Part shown: piece by piece, positions 25,066 through 38,034 of the stretch
How the letters are laid out: every line of letters begins with the position of its first letter
Numbering within the stretch: the first letter of the stretch is position 1
The notes under the pieces: model-generated
The model's input: the letters and a program-made list of their open reading frames with translations, nothing else
The model's database searches: none
What the model was told of the DNA's origin: nothing
Assembly (NCBI GenBank): GCA_038496445.1
Contig: JALMLS010000216.1
Span: forward strand, 62,001-126,000
Direction: 5' to 3'
Source of the DNA: Trichosphaerium sp. ATCC 40318
Taxonomy: Eukaryota; Protista; Tubulinea
DNA: 64,000 nt
Made by a program: the position numbers and the translations under genes

Positions 25066-26287
25066 ATGGCAGATATCGTAGTTAAATTGGGTACAGCTTC
25101 GCTGGCTATTAGCATTTCTTAATTTCAGTAAGGTGGCGCAGCTATCACAAAGAAAGATAGCTTTGAGACGCCTAATATGACAGCAATAAAATGGTAGCCA
25201 CTAAATAGTGTTATACATACGTACATAACAGACCGTTTAGCGCCGCTGAAATAATATCAAAGACTCTCAAAATAAGCCCTAAAACTAGGATAGTTGTAGT
25301 ACACGGTGCAGGAACGTCCAAACGAACAAATGTCACATTGCAATTTTGACATTTCAAAACAGGTTCTTTCGGACATCATCAAGCAAGGACGTATAATGTA
25401 CTTGGTGTGTATTCAAACAATCCTATTGACACCGTTTGAAAGGTTCATCTTGGAACGTCAAGTCAACCACAAGAATCCAAAGAACGACTCATTGCTGGAT
25501 TCACAGCAACACGTGAGTCAGTTATTAAGCTATCTGGACTTGTTGTATCAGAAATGATAAAGCTTGGTATGTGCTTAGATTTAAGTCATGTTCAGTAGTA
25601 TCTATGATTTTTGTAATCTATACAAGGTGTTCCAAGTGTTCAATGTTCTCCTTTTCCAACATGGAAGGCAAAGACTACTGAGAGTAGTTTAGAGGTATGT
25701 CATTATCATTAGTACTGGCGAGTAAAATTTTTTTACAAGGTAGTAAGCCACAATATTGAAGAGATTAGTAATGTACTTGATGCAGGCCTTGTTCCTATTA
25801 TGCATGGTGATTGTGTACTAGATAGTAATCAGTATTGTTGTATACTATCAGGAGATGATATTGTATATGTACAAAGCAAAAAAAACCCACGACATCTTGG
25901 TAATGTTTTATTGTAGGAATTGGCTAAAAATCTGAAACCAAAACGTGTTATTTTCCTATCAGACACAAAAGGCATTTATACTAAACCTCCAGACCTCCCA
26001 GATGCTACGTTATTATCTGTACTTAATGTATCAAAAGAAGGAAATGTAGAGCTTCCACAAACATCTAAAATGAATGTTGATGGTACAAGACTTAGTTCCT
26101 TCCTTTTTTCTAAGTTATTTACAATCTAGTCACTGGTGGTATACTTGGAAAGCTGAAGAGTGCTATAAAGATTGTAAAGTCTACACACATACCAGTCCAC
26201 TTTGCAAAATTAGATTTAACAAGTTTGGGTTTATTTACTGGGAAAGAAATTGTTGGGACTACAATGAAGTTTTGTGAAACACAATAA
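25066..26287 (+). CDS. Isopentenyl phosphate kinase (amino-acid kinase family)
   Basis: VVKLGGAAITKK, VVHGAGSFGHHQA, VPIMHGDCVLD, ILSGDD, VIFLSDTKGIY and DVTGGILGKL. Confidence 0.88.
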
Positions 26288-26481
26288 AAAAAAATACCCA
26301 ACCAGGCCCAAACACAACATCTTGAACAGTGCATACAAGCGACTTAAGTTTGTATCTGAAAAAATAACATGTAGATGAAGCGTATGGTTTATCCATGAGT
26401 CTTTCGAGTTATTGGTCAAATGAACGGAGCCTCAGCAGATTGTTGTAGCTAAACTTTTTTTACATTTTTTTTTACATAATA

Positions 26482-28251
26482 TTACATCACAGAACACTTC
26501 ACTGGTGCGTATGAACTATGACTATAACTGCTGTATTGAGCATATGGATATAATTTAGCACGAATTGCATTTCTTCTGTTATATTCAGTCTCTAGTGATG
26601 CAATGACATCATCAAACGTATCACTGATATTCTTTTTGGTTTGTTCTAGAACATCATTTTCCTCTTGAATTGGTCCTTTCATAACCAGTTGAGTCCATGC
26701 ACGATGATTTTCTGAAAATATGGCAATAGGGAGTATATATGCTATAAAAAAAGCAAGTATTCTTGTGATTACTATAATCAAGGATCCAAAAAGAAGTGTC
26801 AAATCACACCTGCAAAAAAAAACCATAAGAAATTTGTCTACAGCTAAACACCAAAAGAATTGCTGTTTTACGTGTTGTAGACCAACCCACTTTGACAAAG
26901 AAATAAGATACCAATACACTTTACTCAAGTGGTAGTAGTATACAGCATCTGTGTCCTTTTATATGGAAAGACAATACGTTAAGGTAGTAATCAACGTACC
27001 AAATTGTATTGTGTTTATACTCATAAGAACAATCAGCTATTGCATCAAAAAAAGGCGTTACAACAAGTGAATGTGGCATATCTAAAATAAGGAAGGCACA
27101 ATACAAAGTTGTCACACCATCTACCAAAATAAAAGCATTAGCAACAACAAACAAAAAAAAAAAAGGAAAAAAAAAAGAAAAGTGCTTCTTTTCTGTTTAG
27201 GCGGCTCAAACCCCTATTGTATTTCCCCAACACCACTGAAGCATGTACTATTAAATGATAGGTATTAAAATACATGTACTTCATAATGAAGGGATAGCAA
27301 GGTACGGCACAAACTGCTTAAACATTTGAAAAAAAAAAAAAAACGAACTAACAATCGCTCTCTCAGAGAAGAACCCAAACGATCAATTTTCTTGAAAAGA
27401 AACGATATACATAAAATAAATTGTGATACGTACAGAAGGAGTATAACATAATGTTAAAAAGTATGTAAGTTACAACACAAAGATAGAAAACATAATTCTG
27501 CAAACTAACAATCTTTTGATGGTGTCTACGCTGTTCCCTTGATAACAAACTATCTCTTTCTTTTCGCTTAACTGTCAGTTGGCTTTTAACTTGTTCAAGG
27601 CGTTTTAGAAAACGCTCCTTCTTTGTTTTCTTGTTGTTCCATCTACTCAAAAAGTAACCTAGTAGAAATGAGACTCTAGTGCACTGTAACGTGTACGACT
27701 CGGTTTGAAGTGAAAATCATTGCAAGTAAACGATAAATTACCTTTCCAACAACACGCTGTACTTGGCAATATAGGCATGCTACGCGAATCCTTCTGTAGT
27801 TTATACGCCTTTGATGACAAATCTTTCCAAATATGTTCATCACTGGACAGGTCGAAAAGGGATTTTGATACGCATGCCACCTACCCGCTGTTAAACAACG
27901 CTTAAATATTAGTACTGTACTGTATTGAAGTCCTCTATTGTTAAGAACTGAAAAATATTCATTATAACTTCATCTGAGAGCAATGAGAAGTTTCCTAGCG
28001 CGTTTTCGTGTACTATTGCTTCTGAATTCGGTTTAGTAGCTAATTATTGTTCTATTGGTACCTAGTGACTCTAGAGAGAGTACAAAATGGTTATGCGGTA
28101 TAATTTTACTCTCCGCATCAATTGTTGAGTCTTTGTGTTTGGGCTTTTTATGGCTCTTCCTTTCATTGCTTGATCTCTCGCCCTTACTACTGCTAGTACT
28201 TTTTCTACTACGGCGGTGCTCTTTACTACCTTTTGGAGCTTTATTGCCCAT
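26482..28251 (-). CDS. F-box protein with C-terminal transmembrane segments and possible N-myristoylation
   Basis: MGNKAPK start; F-box FSLLSDEVIMNIFQFL...VACVSKSLFDLSSDEHIWKDL; hydrophobic exons at 27363-27500, 26921-27154 and 26700-26810. Confidence 0.7.
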
Positions 28252-28459
28252 AATACCCAACTGCTTTTTTTATGTATATCAACCTTAACACGATTAAGCG
28301 AGTCAAGAATAAAAACAGACATATAATTAAAACTTGCTCTAATGCAAAGGCAACTACACAGGGCCTTATGAAGGTTTGCACGGACGGGTACAATTTAAAA
28401 CGGTGACAATAAAGAATTTCTAAAAGAAAGGGCAGTTTTTATTGATGTGCTTCTTCGCT

Positions 28460-31400
28460 TTATTTGAACTCAGCAATTTCGCCCTTGAGCATTTCAATAA
28501 ACTCAGGAACAGGCTTAGTTCCAACAACTACATAGAAAATGAGTAAACCAGTACAGACAATCAACGCATGCATAATTATGGAGTTACACCAAAAAAAACA
28601 AAAAATTACAATTCGTACCCTTTCCGTCACGTTGTCTTACATTAACGACTTGACCTTCAGCTTCCTTCTCGCCTATAACCAACATATAGTTGTATTGAGC
28701 ACGCTGTGCAAGAAGAACCTTCTTATTCAATTTCTTATCAGAGAAATCTTTATCAACGTGAAATCCTGCTCTAAACAATTGATCGTAAACCTATTCAAAA
28801 AAAATCGTCAGTAAACTCCTTCAACATTGCTTTCTTTTCATTACCTTTTGTGAATATTCAACTGATTTCTCAGAAATAGACATAACAACGATCTGACGAG
28901 GTGATAACCAAAGTGGCCATTTTCCAGCAACATGTTCAATCAAAATAGCAAAGAATCTCTCGAAAGAACCAAAGATAGCACGATGAATTATAACAGGCGT
29001 AGCTAAGCAACAAAATCAGTCAAACTGTTCAATAATCATAACAACATTTTCAACCGAAAAAAAAAAAAGAAAAAAGAATAAAAAAGAAAATAAAGTGTTT
29101 GTTACGCACCTTCAGAACCATCATCAGCAGCATACTTGAGCTTGAACCTTTGAGGCAATTGGAAATCAAGTTGGATAGTAGCACATTGGAATTCACGTTT
29201 GAGTGCATCCGTGATGTGTACATCAATCTTTGGTCCATAGAAAGCACCATCACCTGGGTTCAATTTCCAGTTACCTTCACCAAAGTGTCTGTTGAGTTCA
29301 ACTTCGAGAGACTAAAAAGAATATCAGCAAAAAAAATTCTTTGTTGACTTGTTATCGTCACTCTTACTTTTTCAGCTTTGTCCCATGTCTCTAGGTCACC
29401 GAGATACTTATCTGGTCGCGTAGAGAGCTCAAGTTTGAAATCAAAACCAAACACTTCGTATACACGCTTCAAGAAAGCGATAGCGCCACCAATTTCGTCT
29501 GGAATCTAAAAAATGGTTTAGAAGATGATAACTTTTAACTCATTGCAATGATAACCACAAACGTACCTGTTTAGCAGTACAAAATATGTGTGCGTCATCT
29601 TGACAGAATCTTCTGACACGCGTAAGACCGGTGAGGGCACCATGAAGTTCATTACGATGCAAAGGACCGAAATCAGCGAGACGGATAGGCAAGTCACGGT
29701 ATGAACGTTGCTCGTGTTTGAACATGCAACAGTGAGCTAATATTGTTAATTATCACTTTGTAAGATGTTCAATCATCCATACCAGGACAGTTCATTGGCT
29801 TCATGCCGAAAGTGTGAAAGTTCTTGACAACTTTTCCTTCTTCGTTCATTCTGGTTCCTTCAGATACATCAAAAGCAAACATATCATCGCGGTAGTTTTC
29901 CCAGTGACCGGAGGTCTTCCATAGATCAGCATTGTAAATCGTTGGGGTGATGACTTCAGTAAATCCGCGTTCTCTTGTCAAGAGTAAGTAACATAATTCA
30001 AAAGAAAAATACTTGTTTTTTCCATAACCGTATCGTGTGCATACCTGTACTCGTCTCTCATAAAAGCTTTCATGGTTTCAATAATTCTCGTTCCGTGAGG
30101 CAAGAAGAAAGCACTTCCAGGTGAGACAGCATCAAAGAAGAAGAGTTTTTGAGCCTTGAATATGTAAGTAAATAAAAAAATAAATTCAGAAAATTATTTC
30201 GAAAAATAATACTTACAACACCAATCTTTCTGTGATCACGCTTCTCAGCTTCCTTACGAATGTTTATCCATTCAGTGAGTTGCTTCTTAACAGGGAAGGA
30301 AATACCGTAAACACGTTGAAGAACATCATTTTCGGCGTTTCCAAGCCAGTAAGCGCTTGAGTTTTGGTAAATCTCCAAAGCCTTAATACGTCCAGTATTA
30401 GGGAGATGAGGTCCCTTACACAAATCGATAAGAGGTCCACATCTAAAGAAACAGATTAGTTAAAAAAAATAAATAAAAAAACCAAACAAGGAAAAAAACA
30501 CTCTGTCGCTACTGGCAAGCCACATAATAAGCTGTTTTAGTCAGGAATATTTTATACGAACCTGTAAGCAGTACAGGTTTCACCATCAGGTACTTTACGG
30601 TTGATTAAATCTGTTTTGTAAGGAGAGTACTAAATATTTGTAAAAATGAGTATTCGCGATAATTTGGCGTATTGCACGGGTACCTTAAACATCTCCAATG
30701 CTCTAGCCTTTGGTACTACTAAACGTTCATACTTTTGCTTCTCTTTAACAATAATTTGTACAATAGATTTGATCTCTTTAAAGTCTTCAGGCGAGACAGT
30801 CCTAAAGAGCGTTTAGACGAAACAATAAAAGATTTTCATCAAAAAAAATTTGCAATTAAATTGCTTAGTACGTACTCTCCTTCATTCAAACGCATATCAT
30901 AGTAAAAGCCACCATCCTCAGTTGCTGGACCAGTACATAGTTTTCCCTTTATGTTTACGTTAGAAGTGGAAGTACGAAATAATGCATTGTCTTTCTTTTC
31001 GTGATGACACCACAAAGGGAACGTAGAATGTGATTTTCTCTGTTGCCCGTAGTACAAATAAAAGAAATGATACGGTGAGCGTACACGATACTTAAGTTCC
31101 ATAGCTTGACCTAATACATGCGCGCTAGAGTGCCAAAATACGTGTTGGCCGTCTTTGTCAGAGAACTTCAATAGTTCAAGGTTAGAATCACCCTCAAATG
31201 GGCGAAGCATATCCCACATGGCTCCGTTAACCTAAGGGAGAGTTTAGGAGAGTTTGCGGTAGAAATATCTCAATACCTTTGCAGCTACGCAAGCGTTTGC
31301 TAGACCTTGAGAAATACCTTTGGCAATATCCATAGGCGTAGTTTTCCACGATAGAATCGTTTCACCCTGATTTTCACATTAAAACACACAGAAAAATCGA

Positions 31401-31672
31401 AACGCCATTTATTTCAACCTATAGACGACTACGTACCTCTTTTACGGCACCATCAGGTAAAGTAATTTTTATTGGTTTCGATTCTCCTTCTAGGCAACGT
31501 TAACGTCATTTCCAGCGCGTAGCCACTTACTTCCAATAATTTCATCTTGGTCGGCGGCAATTTTATCCCACTCGCTCATACGGTGCTTGATAAACTCTGG
31601 CCATTCGAAGTCCTTCGTACTTCTCTTTCTATTACCTCCCTTCTTTTTATTATTACTTTTAGGCTCTGCCAT
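28460..31672 (-). CDS. TARS: Threonyl-tRNA synthetase, cytosolic type
   Basis: TGS domain, [68 protein letters not shown] and [10 protein letters not shown]. Confidence 0.97.
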
Positions 31673-32568
31673 TGTGTTGGTTGACAAAAACTAAGACTTT
31701 TGAAGATTATTATTTTACGCGATTTTCGTTTTGTTGAGAAAATACTTAGAACACTTTCACTTACTCCTTTCAGTAGAAATTGCCCGAGGTATTTTCAAGT
31801 AACGTAACTGCTTGTAATTCTACATAGCTTCTATGGCCATACGGAAGTCACCCATACATTGACAACCAATACAACTTCATGTAGTTTACTTTTCGGTGAA
31901 CAGCTGTTTAACGTTGTGTCGCATACGCCAAAGCGTAACGGAGGAGTAATTAAACTTTTGTGTCTTTTTGGTAACGCGATTTCTATAACAAAACTCACGT
32001 GAAGCGTTATTGTGGCAGCCGTCCTACCATTGGAAGCAAGCTTCATACTTACCAGTTGATTTTCCCTAACGAAACGTCACTATCTTACCTCCTTTATCAT
32101 CCTTTTACCTTTTGATTGCCTGTGTTTGCTTCTACTAGGTAGCTCCCATAACGACCAGTCCTTGGTTTGTTGTTCGATGGATCTTGTACAGTCGATGGAG
32201 TTGACACAGATTATCAATAAACAAGTTAATGATAATTGTCATATTTTTGAGCTGTTTTTGTTCGTCACTGCAAGCGTTTAGTTTGTTGTTACAGCCAATA
32301 AAAGTTTTCTTCAACAATTCTGCTGCACACACCACATAAAATATGAGGCATTGAACTGGTTTAGGTTGGAGTAATGACGGATTATCATTAGTCTGTTTTA
32401 TCCATATTCCGGGTCAACTCGGAAGCGCTGGAGACTACATAAGTTTAACGTACTTCCAGGTTTCATTCATAAAGGCTGCACTACATATGGGCTCGGAATT
32501 AACTTGACTAAATGTGACAATAAACCAAGTGTATTAGCAGTTATAGTATAACCTGCAAAGGCTACTAG

Positions 32569-34708
32569 ATGCGACAATCGTTTGTATATGTAATATTCCT
32601 AATACTGGCTGTGGCAGCTTGTGTAAGAGCTCAGAAAAAAGAAATAAACATTGATCCTTCCGAATGGAGCAAAGAAACTATGGAATTATGGCAAAATAGA
32701 AACAACAAGGCAGGGATAAAGCCAGGTTAAACCAAAAAAAACAGTTTTTCGCGTACTTACAGGTTTCATAGAAGCCAAGTACACCAATGGTATTATAGCG
32801 AATACAGCGAATGCTCTTGCTGTTCATGTTGGCGAAACCGTACTCGAAAAAGGCGTACGGTTTTTTTCTCCTCAAATAGCCAATTTTTTTGAAAAGTTTT
32901 CCCTACTCAAAGAAAACTGCTAAGTCAAACTAGGGAAATGCGATGGATTCTGCTGTGGCCACTGCAATGTCATCAATTGTTTTAGCAACTGGAGAATGGA
33001 TATCATTCGCAGGTGTAGCGTCTATAGTATACTACGACAAGGTACATTCAAACGAACAACAGAAAACTCGAATTTATTCAAAAAACAGAAAGTCCTTTGC
33101 TCTTCGTTCCACCAATTCAAAAAAAAAGTTGTTTGCTATGTCCTTTCGTTTGATCTCAGCTGATATTCGTTTAAGGCTACTGATACAGTAGTAAACGTAA
33201 ATGCTCCATGGGGAACTGTTAAAGGAAATGACCCTAATCTTATTGAATTTGAGAGTAGTGGTCCTGAGTCTATTGGTGTTCACGGTTTCTTAAAAGGTAT
33301 TTTCGAAGCACACGAAAAATACGGATTAATTTCTTGGTCGTCACTTCTTCAACCTGCTATATACTTTGCTGATATTGGATTCAATACATTCTTCCAATTA
33401 AATTGCACCTATAGCCCTATACTCCATAACTCAACTTATGGTCAACAGCTCTGTGAACAGTTTGAAAGAAATGGAATAATCAAACAACCAGAAGTTGGCA
33501 CTTTATTGAAAAACATTGCAAAGAACGGCGCTGATGAGATGTACACAGGTGGTTGGGCAAAGGATTTTATATCATCATTTGAAGGAACTGCGTCTAATAT
33601 ATCCATGTCTGATTTATTAAATTACAAACCAATATGGCACGTGTATCCAAGAAATACTACTTTTGTCAATCACAATATTTTTACAACTAGTGAACCGTCC
33701 TATGGCGGAGCTCAGCTCATAGAGTCCTTGAACGTACTTTTAGAATCTGGTATTCAAAATGGTAGTGCATACCAAGATAACTCAACCGCATTGTCATATA
33801 TGATGATGATATACAGGTTTTCTCAAGCATCTTCTTGGCTCGGTCTTGGAAGATATAAATTACTTAAATTTCAACAACTTTTTAAAGAGATTTTCCCGAA
33901 TCCTGTCTACTTTGATGACTTGGAGGACTTCAACAATCTGAGATGTACTAAAGAACACGCGAAAAGAATATGGAATTCTATTACGACGAATATAACAAGT
34001 GTTAACCAACGTCTAGACGAGCTTTTAGTTCTTTCAAAACAAAAACAACTTTTTGATTCACACAGCGATGGAGTTGTGAGTATGGATGCTTATGGGAACA
34101 CAGCAGTCATAGCGCACACCATCAATAGTCTAGGGTACGGTACTGGTATATTTGTGCAAGGTGTCGCTCTATCAAACGCATCAGGTTCAGGTATTGCATT
34201 GCAATATTGGCGAAACTGGATCGGAAAAGGAAAATCGGCGCTAATTGGATCCGGTCTTCAAGTCGTATTTGCAAAGGAAATTGATTCTAAGTTGTCCAAT
34301 ATTGGTAATATGGGTTTTGTATCTATCGGAAAATCATTATCTCCGTATACTTTTCAGAGCATACCAGGTATTTTAGTTTGGAACCAATCTGCTTCCGAAC
34401 AAATAGATGGCCCAAACTTTCTTTGGGGTGACTTAGACGGTACTCCTGTTGTTGGTATTAATCTCGAATGCCCTAAACCAGTTACCTTCAAGTGTCAATT
34501 TTATCAGGCGATAACACAAGTATTCCCACGTGATACAAAAGAAAAATTAGAGCCATTCATTCAAAAATATGTACAAACATTTCCTAAAACGAACTATGGA
34601 ATTGGATTACCTGTAACAGCTTATATGAATAACAAAGATGGAATGATGTATGGCGGTGCTTCTCCTTTTGTAAATGGATGGTCAGGAGGTATAAACACGG
34701 AAAACTGA
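32569..34708 (+). CDS. Secreted gamma-glutamyltranspeptidase-family Ntn hydrolase (Ser at the nucleophile position)
   Basis: Signal peptide MRQSFVYVIFLILAVAACVRA; GNAMDSAVA, SIGVHGFLKG, YGLISWSSLLQPAI, DLLNY and HSDGVVSMDAYGNTAVIAHTIN. Confidence 0.85.
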
Positions 34709-35151
34709 AATACCACAATGACCTGCATAGCGAGTAAAGCAGTTCTAACTTTTTTTCAACTTCATGTGTTCATGTTCTTTTCGAACAAAACTAGCCCGGA
34801 ATGTCGATAACAGGATTAGCAATACTCTGGACAAACTCCTGTGATTATACGATTCTCGAATACATGTGATTTCAATTACGTGCTATGTGCGTGTGACACG
34901 TAGTGAGACAGGAGTATTCACCAGAAGTTTCCAACACCGAACCGGTATCCACTTCTTGTTTTGGGAAAGAAGTACCATTTCGGACCGTGTCACACCGTGC
35001 AAATTTAATAACGCACAGTCACGAGGAAATGAAGGTTTTTTTATGTCAGTGAGAACCTTTTAAATCTAGTTGTACAACATCGGTGCCAAAAACAGAACTG
35101 CCTTAACTAAAACGCGCTTAGTGTTTTCAAATAAGAAATCTTCTCCCAAAT

Positions 35152-36448
35152 ATGAAACTCGTTCTTGTTTTTCTTGTAGCTGTATTAGCTTGCGTTGTTG
35201 CCCAAGACAAATGCGATATCTGCAAACAAGTACGTTTAGGAATTACGGGCTTTTAGAAATTCTTCAGATCTAACTCCTTATACAGCTCGTTGGAGTTGTA
35301 GAAGGCTTAGTCGCACAAAATTCGTCGGAAACTGAGATCGTCAATACTCTAAAGAGCGTTTGCGGCTTTCTCCCTGGTGACTACTCCAAACAAGTTCGTA
35401 ACGATATATTTTGCGTTATTAGCTTACTTTATGCAGTGCAACGGCTTCGTAGAGGCCTACGCCGATAAAGTTATCGCTTTCATCCTAAAGAAAGAAAACC
35501 CAGAAAAGATTTGCGACCAGTTGACTCTATGCACAGCCGTAGCAAAATCCGAGGTAATTTTAACTTTTGTGAACTTTCCATGCAACATTCTTTCTTACCC
35601 TCTTTAAGATCGCTGTACAAGGAGGTGTCGAGTGCGAACTCTGCGATTTGGCTGTAAACGCCCTTGACGCATACGTTGCAAAAAACGTAAGCGTAGAGAA
35701 GATCCGCAAAGAACTTGGTGAACTCTGCAACGTTCTCCCTGGTACAGCAAAAACTTTCGTACGTACCAGACAAACAGAATAACATAAAAATGGGACAACT
35801 TGCGTTTCTTTCCAAATTAGCTTCCAGGTTAAAGAGCTAATATACAAGGTAGTGTACCGATTTCGACACAGAAGCAAACGTAAAGAGAGTTGTAGATTAC
35901 CTTGAAGCGAAAGTTAGCGCAAAGAAAATCTGCTCTATGCTTGTACGTAGCGTCTGTATTTCATGGTTTTATCCTTTCCTCGTGATTTCACGCAAGCCAG
36001 GACACTCCTGGAGCTGCCCGAAAGCATCGGGAATTTTTTTATTATTTATTATTTTGTAATGCCGTTACTCCTCCTTATGAACTTTGTAGCATTTGTGTGA
36101 TGCTTCATTCCAATTGACAATCACACCAAAATACACCACCGAACCAACATGCTCTTTGTGCAAACTTGTCGCTTCTTCCCTTGAAACTTGGTTGGCCTCT
36201 AACTCCACCATTGATACCGTCCATGAAGATATCGAGAAAGTATGTGCTGAACTCCCAGCTACTTTCAAAGAAGCTTGCCAAAACGTTGGTGTACCTTCAC
36301 ACATCCGTCAACTCGTCAAGTACGCGAAGATAACCAATATCCATGATTTTTTTTTCTTGGTTTTTTATTGTTGGCTTATTTGCCCTTTAGTTATGTTGAG
36401 TCAAACTACCCACCAGAGACAGCTTGCAAATACATTGAATTGTGTTAG
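35152..36448 (+). CDS. Prosaposin-like secreted protein with three saposin-B domains
   Basis: Signal peptide, then CDICKQ...PEKICDQLTLC, CELCDLAV...AKKICSML.C and CSLCKLV...PETACKYIELC. Confidence 0.92.
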
Positions 36449-36635
36449 ATAAAGACAATTAAATAAATAATCGACGCATGAAAATTGTTGCAATTTAGTT
36501 GTTTGAGCAAAATTGCCTTTAAAATTCTTGTGTTATTGCGTCAAAGTACCATCATATGTGGTTGGTTTTAACATGAGCGAAGTAGTATTTTGCTATTGAT
36601 TTTTGTCTTTACAATGTATTAAGTATCTTGTAAAC

Positions 36636-37925
36636 TCAGTTGTGTTTACGCAACAATGGTGGCTTTACTTCGAAGTGCCTGAATAGTTTATACACATGTA
36701 CTGTTTCTCCGTCAACAATTATGTCTTCTCCTTTTATCACGTGCTTCTCTTTCTATATGCCAGTATTAGTAAGTTAACTAATTAACATTAGAATGCGTAC
36801 AGTTTCTCTAAGTGTAACACTCGCAGTGCTATCCTTTGTGTCCCATTCAATATCATATTTATTATGAAGTAAAGCCATGTATGCTAGCCATTTAGCACAT
36901 TGCTCAGCTGTGAATACTATGACCTCTTTACTCTGGCATTCTAACAACAATAAGATCACCGAAACTTTGTCTATAGGTACCAGTCCAACTATTTACTGTG
37001 TAGCCTTGCTCAAGATGTTCGTCCGGAAAGTAAGCCCACGCTACCAAATCACTGAAGGGTCCCTCGGTGAATTGCGGGCGCACATCAACAGTCTTCCATT
37101 GAACTGCACTAGCTTTCACATCCTTTCAGATTGTCAAGGTATCAACCTTACTTTATTTGTGTACCTTTTTCTTTTTTGTTCGGCTTTCAAGTATTGTTGC
37201 TACATCACGTGCAGCGTGGTAGAACACAGATAAATTTAGCTATGTTAGTGTTAATACACAGAGCAATAAAGTACTTCAAATCGTACGCCATATGTGACGA
37301 CAACATCACAAACATCTGTCCAGGTAGCCGAAGAAAGGTTCGACTTAAAAAGCAAATTTTTACTACTGTATCGCACGTGACGACCATCTGCATACTCTTT
37401 TTCTATCATAGGTAAATCTACCTGCAATTTTTTAATAGATTAGTCTTAGAGCTGAAGGCACAACCCATCACTCACCAGGTTGCTTATCAAACCGTGATCT
37501 AAGTCTTCGTCTGCAAACACACAGAAATAAAACGCGTCAATCGCATTAATATCCTCCTTTGAGCGTGTCTTATCCCCTGTTGCAATTGTTGTAATTACTA
37601 AATGTAGAAAAGCGTAGATGTGCTATATGCAGCACCTAAGGTACTTACATATGCCTACGAAGACATTTGGACGAAAGTCTATAGCCTGTTCTCCAACTTC
37701 TAATGCCAAGCTGTGAGAACTCAGTCCGCGCTTTACTATGGCGTATTAGCGTATGTGAGCACTATAAGAATTGTGTACTGTAGAATGGTACTGCTTTTGC
37801 TTTATTCTTCACAGGAAGTACAGCAATTACCGTCTTCAGCTTTTCCGCCAATGCGTCAGCGCCGCTTGCTGCTATTTTATCAATTTCGTTGTGAAGAATT
37901 TCCGTTATGATTACGTACTTGACAT
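36636..37925 (-). CDS. Hypothetical multi-exon protein (5' end uncertain)
   Basis: Open exons bounded by GT/AG (36928-37119, 36800-36915, 37475-37600); no family recognised. Confidence 0.5.
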
Positions 37926-38034
37926 GACTACGCGGAAACTATCGTTGTAGTGTTGTGTAGGTTGAAACGAAAATTTCACCGTCGTGATTTCAATAAAAGT
38001 CTTTTTCAACCGTGAAAGTTTGAGAATAACCACG

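Noticed and set aside
30950-31085. snoRNA in the long ThrRS intron
   Set aside because: Only a weak hairpin and no convincing box set on the sense strand.
32045-32056. ATACTTACC resembling the U1 snRNA 5' end
   Set aside because: No U1 stems or Sm site follow; it is simply the reverse complement of a GGTAAGTAT donor-like sequence.
31831-32335. Possible small minus-strand gene
   Set aside because: Splice-like signals are present, but I could not assemble a consistent stop-free frame.
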